NCBI GenBank assembly: GCA_963707215.1
Contig: CAVPPB010000002.1
Span: forward strand, 288,001 to 352,000
Origin: an uncultured Chloroflexia bacterium
GTDB lineage: Bacteria > Chloroflexota > Limnocylindria > Limnocylindrales > CSP1-4
Direction of reading: 5' to 3'
DNA: 64,000 nt
Positions within the stretch are counted from its first letter, which is position 1. Each line of letters begins with the position of its first letter. The position numbers and the translations under genes were made by a program. Of the stretch, positions 1 through 9,457 are shown in pieces. The notes under the pieces were generated by a model. It worked only from the letters and a program-made list of their open reading frames with translations. It was not told the DNA's origin and searched no databases.

Positions 1-2
1 AG

Positions 3-464
3 ATCCGGACCTTCAGGCCGGATGCGGTCCTCTGCACCGATCCCGAAGTCATCTTCTACCGCGGCGGTGGGGTCAACCACGCCGATCATCGCGCCGCCGG
101 GATGGCCGCGGTCGATGCCGTGTACCCGGCCGCCCGCAACCCGATGGCCTTTCCTGCCCTCGCCCGCGCCGGGCTCGAGGCCCACATCGTGCGTCGGCTC
201 TACCTGTTCTGGTCGGAGCACCCCACCGCCTGGGTCGACGTGACGGCCACGATGGATCGGAAGCTCGACGCGCTCAGGGCCCACGCCAGCCAGATCCGCG
301 ACCCTGAGCGCCTGATCAGCTGGATCGGCGAGTGGGCCCACGAGGAGGGGGAGGCGATCGGCGTGGCTGCCGGCGAGGCCTTCCGGGTCATCGTCATCGA
401 GGATGACGATGACGAGGGCCCGACCGGCCAGGCGGCGACCGAGCACGACGACGCGGCCGACTGA
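3..464 (+). CDS. PIG-L/LmbE family deacetylase, C-terminal part (truncated by window edge)
   Basis: Frame from position 3 reads IRTFRPDAVLCTDP..NHADHRAAG..WVDVTATMDRKLDALRAHASQ, with the HxDH and K..AL..H.SQ motifs of PIG-L proteins. Confidence 0.85.
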   Translation: MRTFRPDAVLCTDPEVIFYRGGGVNHADHRAAGMAAVDAVYPAARNPMAFPALARAGLEAHIVRRLYLFWSEHPTAWVDVTATMDRKLDALRAHASQIRDPERLISWIGEWAHEEGEAIGVAAGEAFRVIVIEDDDDEGPTGQAATEHDDAAD

Positions 465-516
465 AGGCGGGACCATAGGAGAGCGGTGCCCGCCGAGGGG
501 GCGGTCGCCTGCCGGC

Positions 517-2239
517 TCAGCCGGTCGCCAGGAGCGCCGGACGGACCCGGCCCCAGTCGTTCCAGACCGCGGTCAGACCCTCGGCACGGCGGCCCAGCAG
601 GTCCACCATCTCGCCGAGCCCAAGGTCGCCAGCGGCCTCGATCAGGTAGTCGTCGGCGGCGACGCGGCAGCCGGCGAACAGGTCCGGCATCTCGCGCCTC
701 CGTCGGCCAGATCCGGATGCGCATCGGGTCCTGGCCCGCGTAGCCCACCGCGAGCGAGAGGTCGCGCTGGCTGGGCACCCGACCATCCACGAATGCGCCG
801 AGCCCATCGAAGCGGAAACCGAGGGACGCGAGGGCGGCGGCGATCTCGCGGCGCTCGGCCCCGGTGAACATGCCCCAGAACGGATGATCGTCCGGGAGGT
901 CGAGCAGCGACGCGTCGATGGCCGAGGCCATGATGGCGTCGACCAGACCCGAAAGCGCCAGCTGCCAATCCCTCCGAGCCTCCTGGTCCTCGCCCGCGAG
1001 CTCGGCCACGAGGTCGCTCATCGCCCGGTCGTCCCCCCGAAGGAGCCGAAGGATGCGCGGCGACCCCGCCCCTGCGATCGTCTGCTCCAGCTCCGGCCGG
1101 TCCTCCGGGTAGTCGCCCAGACGCGGCACCGCGACCGGGACCTCGGCGGCCTGGCGGGCCACGGCTTCCCGGCAATCGGCCACCGCCTGCCGAGCCGTGA
1201 GGCAGGCGTCAGCCGCCGACTCGGCCGCGATCCGGGCCGCGTCCGCCTCGACCGTTCGGCGCTCCAGCGTCCCGGCCAGCTCGGCTGCCAGGCCTCGCTC
1301 GCGCTCGATGTCGACCGCGGCCCGCCGTGCCTCCGCGTTGATCCGGTTCACCTCCTCGAGCCAGCCGGCGGCGGCCGCGTCGAGCTCGTCCCGATCAGTC
1401 GCGCCGTCGCGAGCGGCTCGGAAGCGGACGTGGGCCTCTTCCTTGGCCGCCCGGATGAGCCGCGGGTCGGTCCGTCGCTCGGCTTCCTCGGCCCGGACGA
1501 GGTGCTCGTCGTAGGCGCGCCGCGTTTCGCCGAGCGTGGCCGCGGCAGCCTCCGCCGTAGCGCGTGCCCGCTCGGCGACCGAGCAGCGATCCTCGGCGAC
1601 CGCGATCAGCGTGCCACAGGGGTCATCTGACGAGGTCACGTCCTGTCCCTGGGCCGTCGAGGCGTCCCCGGTCGGTACGGGCCAGGCGGAGGCGGCGACC
1701 GGGTCAGCCGCGGCGAGCGCCGTCGCGGCCCCGCCCTGCTCCGTCGCGCTCGCGATCGCCGCACCGGTGCCAGTGAGTGAGGGATCCTCGCTCCACGATG
1801 GCCCGGCCATCGGGACGGGCGACTCGCCCAGCGCGGCTGCGGCCGATCGGGCACCGACGGGATCGGCCACGACGGGAACCGCGACCCATGGGCGACCCTC
1901 CAGCAACGGAACGGGTGTTCGAGACCGCGCGCCCCCGGACGTCGTCGCGACGGCTCCAGCCACGGCGAGCGGCAGGCCCAGCGGCGCACGGGGCGGTGGC
2001 ATCGAGCGGTCCAGCTCGCGTCGATCGGCCGGCCCGCCCCGGGCCGGGCCCTCCACCGCGGCCGCGAAGGGATCGTTGGCGAGCGTGACCCCGCGCCGGG
2101 GCACGCTGTCGGGGGCGACGGTCACCCGCACCTCGCGGGGCGGCAGCGGCCGCGTCCGGTAGACGGCGACGAAGGCCGCGCCGGATGCCACGCCGAGGAC
2201 CAGGCCCAGCGCCAGGAAGGCGAACTCGCCCGCGGTCAC
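517..2239 (-). CDS. Hypothetical membrane-anchored coiled-coil protein (one frameshift near 695)
   Basis: AGGAGG SD then GTG at 2239; N-terminal TM (EFAFLALGLVLGVASGAAFV), Ala/Glu/Arg-rich helical middle; protein-like sequence switches frame near 695 into ORF 517..807 (MPDLFAGCRVAADDYL..RPALLATG). Confidence 0.65.
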
Positions 2240-2426
2240 CGCCGTCGTCCTCCTCTCGCGCCCGGCGACGGGCACCGACCCATCTCCGGACGACCACGAC
2301 CTGCGGCGGAGCGTAGCTGCGCCCGGCGGGGGGGTCAACCCGGACGACGGTCACCAGCTTGGGCCCGATGGTCGGAGGTGCGAACGCGCACCGCCGCGCT
2401 GCGCTTTTGCGCCACGCCTGAGCCGG

Positions 2427-2436
2427 GTGGTAGATT
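2427..2436 (+). promoter_or_regulatory. Extended -10 element (TGgTAGATT) for the oxidoreductase-Rieske/cyt b operon
   Basis: TGnTAnnnT match about 75 nt upstream of the TTG start at 2512, which has a GAGGAAAGG SD. Confidence 0.45.
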
Positions 2437-2511
2437 CGGCCCCGCGTCCCGCCGTCCCTTCCTGCCCCGAGCCTGTCCACTCACGAGCCTCGACGAGGAA
2501 AGGCACGCCTG

Positions 2512-4347
2512 TTGGCCATCGACCCGAACCAGGAGTTCCTCGTCCAGCCGGTCGACGCCTCCTGGCTCCAGTGCAACATCGAGTGCCAGGAAGCCTGCCC
2601 GGTGGGGACGAACTGCCGCGGCTACCTCAACCTGGCCGCCGAGGGGCGCTTCGAGGAGGGCTACATCCTCTCCCGGGAGCCGAACCCGGTCGCGGCGATG
2701 TGCTCGTACGTCTGCTCTGCCCCCTGCGAGCGAGCCTGCCGCCGCGGCGACATCGATCGGCCGCTGGCGATCCGGGCGATGAAGCGCTTCCTGGTCGAAT
2801 GGCACGAGGCGTCCGGCATCCCCGACGTCATGCCGGAGATCACGCCCCGCGACGAGCGGGTCGCCGTCATCGGCGCTGGGCCGGCTGGGCTGGCCGTCGC
2901 CCGGGAGCTCGGCGTCAAGGGCTACCAGGTCACGGTCTTCGACTCCCTCCCGTTCGGCGGCGGGACGATGCTCATCGGCGTCCCGGCGTTCCGGCTGCCG
3001 CGCGAGGCGATCGAGATGGACGTCCGCCTCGTCGAGCGGCTTGGGGTGACCTTCCGCTACAACACGACGATCGGTGCGGACGTCCCGTTCGAGGACCTCC
3101 AGCGCGATTTCGACGCCATCGCCATCACCGCCGGCGCCATGAACGCGGTCGTCCTCGACCTGCCCGGGGCCGAGCTCGAGGGCGTCCAGTACGGCGTCGA
3201 CTTCATGAAGAAGGCCAACCTGGGACAGGAGCTGACGGTCGGCAAGGACGTCGTCGTCATCGGCGGCGGCTACACCGCGATGGACTGCTCGCGGACGAGC
3301 CTCCGTCACGGTGCCGAGCGGGTGACGATCGCCTACCGGCGGACCCGGTCGGAGCTGGTGGTCGACGAGGAGGAGCTCGGCGAGACCGAGCGTGAGGGCG
3401 TCCGGATGGAGTTCCTCGCCAGCCCGGTCGAGATCCTCGGCGAGGACGGCCGGGTCACGGGTGTGAAGTTCGTCCGCAACCGGCTCGGCGAGCCGGATGC
3501 CTCGGGGCGGCGCTCGCCGGTCCCCATCGAGGGCTCCGAGTTCATCGTCCCGGCCGACACGGTCATCCCGGCCGTCTCCCAGGCGGCCGACCTGACCTTC
3601 CTGCCGGTCGAGTCGGACTTCGAGGTCGGTCGTGGCCGGGTCAAGGTCGATCCGGCGACCTACGCGACGAACGTCCGCGGCGTCTTCGCCTGTGGCGACT
3701 TCGTGACCGGCCCGACGACGCTCATCGAGGCGGCCGGGCACGGCAAGAAATGCGCCTACGCGATCGACCGTTACCTGGGCGCCCAGGCGGAGGTCGCCGT
3801 GGCCGCCAACGTCCGCATCACCAGCTCGTGGCGCCACGACATGCCCGAGTTCTACGACGTGCTGCCGCGACAGCACATCCCCATGGTCCCGCTCCAGGCT
3901 CGGATGCCCTCGACCGACCCGGAGGTCAACTTCACGACCCCGGTCGAGCTGGGCTACACGGCGACCCAGGCCGTCGCCGAGTCGACCCGCTGCCTGATGT
4001 GCAACTACAACATCTGGTTCGACCCCTTCCGCTGCGTCCTCTGCGGCGCCTGCGCGGACGTCTGCCCGGAGGGGGTCATCCACATGGTCGACATCAACCA
4101 GCTCAAGACCGAGGGCCTGCTGCCGGAGGTCGAGGAGGCCTACGGCTGGGAGAACGGCGCGGCGATGATCCTCGACGAGGAGCGCTGCATCCGCTGCGCA
4201 CTCTGCGTCAAGCGGTGCCCGTTCGACGCCATTACGATGGAGCGGTTCGAGCTGCAGGAAGTCTCGGACGACGGCCGGCTCTACAAGGAGTCGTACCGTG
4301 ACGCCCAGCTGGCCGGCTGGGCAGGCATCGCAGGAGGGGCCAGGTGA
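2512..4347 (+). CDS. GltD/NfnB/DsrL-like FAD- and NAD(P)H-dependent oxidoreductase with N-terminal Fe-S domain and C-terminal 2[4Fe-4S] ferredoxin domain
   Basis: CQEACP and CSYVCSAPCERAC Fe-S motifs; GAGPAG FAD site; GGGYTAMD and YRR NADP(H) site; C-terminal CVLCGACADVCP and CIRCALCVKRCP; stop overlaps next start (GTGA). Confidence 0.9.
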   Translation: MAIDPNQEFLVQPVDASWLQCNIECQEACPVGTNCRGYLNLAAEGRFEEGYILSREPNPVAAMCSYVCSAPCERACRRGDIDRPLAIRAMKRFLVEWHEASGIPDVMPEITPRDERVAVIGAGPAGLAVARELGVKGYQVTVFDSLPFGGGTMLIGVPAFRLPREAIEMDVRLVERLGVTFRYNTTIGADVPFEDLQRDFDAIAITAGAMNAVVLDLPGAELEGVQYGVDFMKKANLGQELTVGKDVVVIGGGYTAMDCSRTSLRHGAERVTIAYRRTRSELVVDEEELGETEREGVRMEFLASPVEILGEDGRVTGVKFVRNRLGEPDASGRRSPVPIEGSEFIVPADTVIPAVSQAADLTFLPVESDFEVGRGRVKVDPATYATNVRGVFACGDFVTGPTTLIEAAGHGKKCAYAIDRYLGAQAEVAVAANVRITSSWRHDMPEFYDVLPRQHIPMVPLQARMPSTDPEVNFTTPVELGYTATQAVAESTRCLMCNYNIWFDPFRCVLCGACADVCPEGVIHMVDINQLKTEGLLPEVEEAYGWENGAAMILDEERCIRCALCVKRCPFDAITMERFELQEVSDDGRLYKESYRDAQLAGWAGIAGGAR

Positions 4348-5072
4348 GTTTCCTCGAGCGGGTGGACCAGGGCATCCGCCGGAGCGCCGTGTGGCGCTCG
4401 TTGTTCCGCCAGCCGTACCCCAACGACGAGCGGTCGCGGGCGTACGCGGTCATGAACAACGTCTTCCTGCACATCCACCCGGTCCGGGTACGCCAGCACG
4501 CGGTGAAGTTCGCCTACACCTTCTGCCTGGGCGGGTTGTCGTTCTTCCTGTTCCTGGTCCTGACGGTGACCGGCGTCTACCTGATGTTCTACTACGTGCC
4601 GTCGGCGTCCCAGGCCTACGCGAACATCCTGGAGATCCAGAGCGAGGTGACCTTCGGGCTGCTGACCCGGAACATCCACCGCTGGGCCGCCCACCTGATG
4701 GTCTTCTTCGTCTTCCTGCACATGATGCGGGTCTTCTACCACGGGGCCTACAAGCCGCCCCGCGAGTTCAACTGGGTCGTCGGCGTCGTCCTGCTGTTCC
4801 TGACGATCATGCTGAGCTTCACCGGCTATCTCCTGCCGTGGGACCAGATCGCCTACTGGGCCATCACCATCGGCGGCAACATGGCCGGCTACGCCCCGCT
4901 CTTCAACACGCCCTCCAAGCTGCTCCTGCTGGGCAGCCTGGAGGTCAGCCAGAACACCCTGCTCCGCTTCTACGTGCTCCACATCATGGTCTTCCCGCTC
5001 GTCGCAGCCGTCTTCCTCGCGGTCCACTTCTGGCGGATCCGCAAGGACGGCGGGATCAGCGGCCCGCTGTGA
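4344..5072 (+). CDS. petB: Cytochrome b6-type subunit of split Rieske/cytochrome b complex
   Basis: FCLGG (heme ci Cys), HRWAAH..LHMMRVF, TGYLLPWDQ, H-x14-H in helix D, C-terminal GISGPL. Confidence 0.92.
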   Translation: MSFLERVDQGIRRSAVWRSLFRQPYPNDERSRAYAVMNNVFLHIHPVRVRQHAVKFAYTFCLGGLSFFLFLVLTVTGVYLMFYYVPSASQAYANILEIQSEVTFGLLTRNIHRWAAHLMVFFVFLHMMRVFYHGAYKPPREFNWVVGVVLLFLTIMLSFTGYLLPWDQIAYWAITIGGNMAGYAPLFNTPSKLLLLGSLEVSQNTLLRFYVLHIMVFPLVAAVFLAVHFWRIRKDGGISGPL

Positions 5073-5098
5073 TCGTCGCCAGGTAGCGGACGGATCCG

Positions 5099-5701
5099 AT
5101 GACCGACACCAAGTCCCCGCCCGAGCGCCGCGTCGTCCTCCCGGTCGATCCGACCAGGCGGACGGAGATCGACAAGCAGCGCGTGCCGATGGCGGCCCGC
5201 CCGTACCGGCTGCTCGCGCTCGTCAAGCAGGACGCCGTCGTCCGGGTCCAGAAGGAGCCCGACGACACGGTCATGACCTGGCCGCACCTGCTGACGATCG
5301 AGTTCCTGGCGGCGGCCATGATCAGCATCTTCCTGCTTCTCATGGGCCTCTTCATGAACGCCCCGCTCGAAGAGCTGGCGAACCCGAACGTGACGCCGGC
5401 GGTGGCCAAGGCCCCCTGGTACTTCCTGGGCCTCCAGGAGCTCCTGGCTTACTTCCACCCGACCGTCTCGGGCGTCCTGGCGCCGACGTTCGTGCTCGTG
5501 GGTGCCGCCCTGCTGCCGTACGTGGATCGGGGCAACGTGCTGGCCAACCGGCCGTCCGACCGCAAGACGGCGGTCGTGCTGTTCACCCTGCTCTGCATCC
5601 TTGGCCTGACGCTGACCTTCATCGGCGTCTTCTTCCGCGGCCCCGGCTACGCGTTCGCGATCCCATACGTGACCACGGCCGGCTTCCACTTCGCGCTGTG
5701 A
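5099..5701 (+). CDS. petD: Subunit IV of split Rieske/cytochrome b complex
   Basis: WPHLL, ANPNVTP..KAPWYFLGLQELL (PEWY-equivalent region), LPYVDR, three TM helices. Confidence 0.88.
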   Translation: MTDTKSPPERRVVLPVDPTRRTEIDKQRVPMAARPYRLLALVKQDAVVRVQKEPDDTVMTWPHLLTIEFLAAAMISIFLLLMGLFMNAPLEELANPNVTPAVAKAPWYFLGLQELLAYFHPTVSGVLAPTFVLVGAALLPYVDRGNVLANRPSDRKTAVVLFTLLCILGLTLTFIGVFFRGPGYAFAIPYVTTAGFHFAL

Positions 5702-5717
5702 GCCAACGAGACGTCCC

Positions 5718-6392
5718 ATGAGCAACTACCAGGTCGAACCAGCCAGCAAGCCCCAGGCCATCTCGAAGGAGGCCATCAAGGCGCTGCGCCAGGAGCAGGT
5801 CCAGGGCCTCTCGCGGCGCCAGATCCTGCGCGGCTCGATCGCCGGCGCGATGCTCCTCTGGATCGCCGAGGTGTCGGCCGGCTCGATCGGCTTCCTCTGG
5901 CCGAACCTGGCCGGCGGCTTCGGGGGGCGGGTCCGCATCGGTACCATCGACGACGTCAAGCTGGCCAACTCCGAGGTCCCGATCGAGGAGGGCTTCCCCG
6001 GCTACTACCCGGACGCCCGCGCCTACGTCGTCCTGGTCGACCCCGCCGTCCAGCAGTTCCTGCCCGGGACCAGCGAGGACGGCGACGGGACGGCGCTCAA
6101 CGTCCGGGGCCTCTACCAGCGCTGCCCGCATCTCGGCTGCCGGCCGAACCCGTGCGAGCGGAACTTCTGGATGGAGTGCCCCTGCCACGGCTCGCGTTTC
6201 GACCGCCTGGGCATCAAGGTCGCCGGCGAGCAGTACGGCCCGGCGCCGCGGAGCATGGACCGCTTCGCGAGCGAGGTCGACGGTGAGGGGGTCCTGACCC
6301 TCGACACCGGCCGGATCACCCTGGGGCCGCTGCCGATCGCTCTCGGCCAGCCCGGCGTCATCCCACCGAAGGCACCGACCGGATGCATCTGA
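5718..6392 (+). CDS. petC: Rieske [2Fe-2S] protein
   Basis: Tat-like SRRQILR plus TM helix; CPHLGC and CPCHGS boxes; GPAPR motif. Confidence 0.93.
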   Translation: MSNYQVEPASKPQAISKEAIKALRQEQVQGLSRRQILRGSIAGAMLLWIAEVSAGSIGFLWPNLAGGFGGRVRIGTIDDVKLANSEVPIEEGFPGYYPDARAYVVLVDPAVQQFLPGTSEDGDGTALNVRGLYQRCPHLGCRPNPCERNFWMECPCHGSRFDRLGIKVAGEQYGPAPRSMDRFASEVDGEGVLTLDTGRITLGPLPIALGQPGVIPPKAPTGCI

Positions 6393-6432
6393 CCGCCCGC
6401 CCGCCATCGACCGCCGACCTGCGAGGAGATCG

Positions 6433-7509
6433 ATGACCGATCAGCCCGGCCGCGAGCCGGAGCAGCGCCTGCCCGAGCGCCGACCGGAGGCCGAGCCGCC
6501 GAGCGCCGACCGGTTCACCGCGCCGCCTCAGGCGCACAGCTTCGAGCTGACGCCGGAGCGAGCGTCGCGCATCGTCCGGGCCTCCGGTGACTCCCGGCTC
6601 ATCGGCTTCCTCGCCGTCCTCGTCGTCGGGCTCTTCGTGATCGGCTACTACTTCTACGAGCTGGCGCCCTTCGGCCTGACCGAGAGCCGTCTGGACAGCG
6701 AGGCGGCGGCCCAGCAGGTCACCGCGGTCGAGCGGGGCTACAACATCTACCAGGCCAACTGCGCCCGCTGTCACGGCGTGGACGGCGAGGGCGGCATCGG
6801 CCCGGTCCTCAACCGCCAGGACAAGCTGTTCCAGCACCTCGACGAGGCGTACCTGCACACGATCCTGCTCGTCGGCGGGCGCTACGCCTGCGGCGACCCG
6901 AACAGCCTCATGCCCCTCTGGTCGAACGAGGGATCGCCGCCGGGACCGCTCAACTACGAGCAGATCAATGAGCTGATCGAGTTCATCCGGGCGTCCAAGG
7001 ACGAGACCTTCATCGTCCGGGATCCCGAGCTCTTCGAGCCGCTCATCGACCCCGCCACCGGCGAGCCCCGGACCTTCACCGGCTGGGTCGATCCGAACTA
7101 CACGCCGGAGCCGGGCGCGACCCCGTATCCGGATTGCTGGCAGGACGAGTTCGCGGCGCCGCCGCCCGCATCCCCGGGGGCCAGTCCCGAGCCGGGAGCG
7201 TCGGCGGCGCCATCGGAGGCGCCGGGTGACGGTGCCGTCCTCGACATCAGCGCCCAGAACATCGCCTTCGACACCGACACGCTGGAGGCTCCGGCTGACA
7301 CGGCCTTCCAGATCCGCTTCGCCAACAACGACGCCGGCATCCCCCACAACGTGGAGATCCTTGACGAGGCCCGGACGTCGATCTGGAAGGGCGACATCTT
7401 CAATGGCGTCGAGACCCGGGTCTACGACGTGCCGGCCCTGCCGGCGGGCACCTACACGTTCATCTGCACGGTGCATCCGAACATGGTGGGGACCCTCACG
7501 GTCAAGTAG
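6433..7509 (+). CDS. Membrane-anchored monoheme cytochrome c fused to a C-terminal type-1 copper cupredoxin domain
   Basis: TM helix, CARCH heme motif, distal LMPLW Met, Pro/Ala/Ser linker, then HNVEI...CTVHPNM. Confidence 0.88.
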   Translation: MTDQPGREPEQRLPERRPEAEPPSADRFTAPPQAHSFELTPERASRIVRASGDSRLIGFLAVLVVGLFVIGYYFYELAPFGLTESRLDSEAAAQQVTAVERGYNIYQANCARCHGVDGEGGIGPVLNRQDKLFQHLDEAYLHTILLVGGRYACGDPNSLMPLWSNEGSPPGPLNYEQINELIEFIRASKDETFIVRDPELFEPLIDPATGEPRTFTGWVDPNYTPEPGATPYPDCWQDEFAAPPPASPGASPEPGASAAPSEAPGDGAVLDISAQNIAFDTDTLEAPADTAFQIRFANNDAGIPHNVEILDEARTSIWKGDIFNGVETRVYDVPALPAGTYTFICTVHPNMVGTLTVK

Positions 7510-7548
7510 CTCCGGGCCGCCTGGCGGCTCCGGTCGGGATGGAGGACG

Positions 7549-9021
7549 ATGGCCCAGCAGGCACTCGAGAGCGGGGCGACGCGGAAGCGGGTCTTCTTCG
7601 GCCTGCTCGACGCGGACAGCTGGTCATGGGCGGCGGTCAAGGCCGTCTTCTGGCTCATCGTCCTGATCATGATGCTCGGCTACATCCCCGACCGCGCCTA
7701 CTATTTCACGGTATTCAGCACGATCAGCATCGGGCTCGACCCGGCCCAGCCGCCGGCCAGCGCCGTCACGCCGGTCAACCTCTGCCCGGCCGAGAACGGC
7801 GACCTGCCCTGCCCCGTGCCGACCGGCGCGATGCTCCCGTGGGAGCCGTCGCCTGCCGAGGTCGCCCTGCCGGCCGGGCGGACCGACGGCGGGGTCGTCC
7901 AGCTGGGTAGCAAGCTCGTCTACGTCGGTGGGACCGACGGGGCTGGTCCCGTCGCCGACACCTACGTCGCCCGACTCGTCGACGGCAGCACCTTCGACGC
8001 CTGGGAGCCCGGGCCGGCGCTCCCGGAGCCCCGGGCCGGCGCGGCGGTCGTCGCCTTCGGCGGCTCGGCCTACGTCATCGGCGGCTCGGACGCCGGCGGC
8101 GAGCCGACGACGACGGTCTATCGGATGACGGTCGACCTCAACACGGGCGAACTCGGCGAGTGGACCCCCGTCGAGGAGCTCGCGCTGCCCGAGGCCCGGG
8201 CTCGAGCGGCCGTCGCGGTGGCCCCCGACGGCCTGATCCTCGTCGGCGGACAGACGGGCTCAGGCTCCGTGACGTCGGTCTGGAAGAGTGACCTCGATGG
8301 CGACGAGCTGGCTGCCTGGGCGCCGAACGCGGAGATGCCGGAGGCGCGCTACGACCACGGTGCGATCGTCATCGGCGACTACCTCTGGGTCTTCGGCGGC
8401 TCGGGAGCCGACGAGGCGCCGACGGCGACCGTCCTGCGCGGGACCGTGACCGTCCCCGAGGTTCCCGAGGGCTCGCCGCCCGGCGCGACCGCCGACCCGT
8501 CCTTCGTGAGCGACTGGGCGACGAACGCCGATGCGAACCTGCCGGTGGCGCGCACCAACGCGGCGACCTTCACGGCCAACGGGATCGTCTACCTGGTCGG
8601 CGGCAGCGACGGATCGGCCCCGAAGGGCGAGGTCTACTGGGGCGTGCCCGACGGCGACGGCGACATCGACTGGACGACGCTGACGGCGTCCGATCTCCCC
8701 GACCAGGGGCTGGTCGGGGCGGCCGGTGCGGTCTCGGGCTCGACGGCGTTCGTGATCGGGGGCGAGACCCAGGGCGGTGTGCTCGCGTCCTCGGCGCGGG
8801 CCAGCCTGGCGCCCGGCAACCCGTACCTCCAGGTCGGCCTCCTGGGGATCACGATCCCGGCCCTCGGGATCCAGGGCGAGATCGGCCAGCAGATCGGCTA
8901 CCTGAACGCGGCCGGGGTCGGCACGGTCAACTTCATCATCCTGCTCCTGATCGGCGTGGCCTTCGCCCATCCCGAGCGGACGAAGGGCCTGGCCCGGCGG
9001 GTCATCGGGGTCTTCCGCTAG
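7549..9021 (+). CDS. Kelch-repeat beta-propeller protein with N- and C-terminal TM helices
   Basis: Repeated YVIGG/WVFGG/YLVGG...W..LP.AR units; GGAGG SD; same strand, 39 nt after cytochrome c gene. Confidence 0.8.
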   Translation: MAQQALESGATRKRVFFGLLDADSWSWAAVKAVFWLIVLIMMLGYIPDRAYYFTVFSTISIGLDPAQPPASAVTPVNLCPAENGDLPCPVPTGAMLPWEPSPAEVALPAGRTDGGVVQLGSKLVYVGGTDGAGPVADTYVARLVDGSTFDAWEPGPALPEPRAGAAVVAFGGSAYVIGGSDAGGEPTTTVYRMTVDLNTGELGEWTPVEELALPEARARAAVAVAPDGLILVGGQTGSGSVTSVWKSDLDGDELAAWAPNAEMPEARYDHGAIVIGDYLWVFGGSGADEAPTATVLRGTVTVPEVPEGSPPGATADPSFVSDWATNADANLPVARTNAATFTANGIVYLVGGSDGSAPKGEVYWGVPDGDGDIDWTTLTASDLPDQGLVGAAGAVSGSTAFVIGGETQGGVLASSARASLAPGNPYLQVGLLGITIPALGIQGEIGQQIGYLNAAGVGTVNFIILLLIGVAFAHPERTKGLARRVIGVFR

Positions 9022-9032
9022 GCGGCTTCCGG

Positions 9033-9053
9033 CCTGCCGGCCCTGCCGGCAGG
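9033..9053. terminator. GC-rich hairpin between convergent genes
   Basis: CCTGCCGGC-cct-GCCGGCAGG perfect 9-bp inverted repeat; no U-tract. Confidence 0.4.
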
Positions 9054-9069
9054 GTGGTCGCCCGGCGCG

Positions 9070-9426
9070 TCAGGCCGGCAGGTCCCCCTCGCCCGGCCCC
9101 GGGATCCCGGTCGACACCGGCAGCCCGGCCTGGTACCAGGCCACGATGCCCCCGCTGACGTTGGCCACGCGGGGGTAGCCCTGGCGGAGCAGGTACTCGG
9201 TGGCCGAGGCGGACCGCGCACCACTCTTGCAGAGCATCAGCAGTGGCCGGTCGGCCGGCAGCTCGTTGCAGCGGGCGACGAACTCCGAGAGGGGCAGCAG
9301 GACCGACCCGGCGACACGGACCTGGGCGAACTCGTCGGGTTCCCGGACGTCCACGATCAGGGCGCCGCCATCCGCGTGCGTGCTGGCGTCCTGGACGGTG
9401 ACGAAGGGCAGCGACGTCGGATCCAT
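9070..9426 (-). CDS. Single-domain rhodanese (sulfurtransferase)
   Basis: IVDVREPDEF, CKSGARS active-site loop, NVSGGIVAW. Confidence 0.9.
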   Translation of the reverse strand: MDPTSLPFVTVQDASTHADGGALIVDVREPDEFAQVRVAGSVLLPLSEFVARCNELPADRPLLMLCKSGARSASATEYLLRQGYPRVANVSGGIVAWYQAGLPVSTGIPGPGEGDLPA

Positions 9427-9457
9427 CGATCGGGCTCCTGCGGGTCGCTGGCCGTGG

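Noticed and set aside
2335-4083. Long antisense or alternate-frame ORFs (e.g. 2335-4083, 12918-15185, 20800-23424, 28331-30133, 37018-39267)
   Set aside because: Shadow ORFs expected in high-GC DNA; they overlap genes with clear motifs and have no recognisable domains
2512-4347. Naming the oxidoreductase gltD or dsrL
   Set aside because: No gltB or dsr genes in the window; context points to a Rieske/cyt b partner
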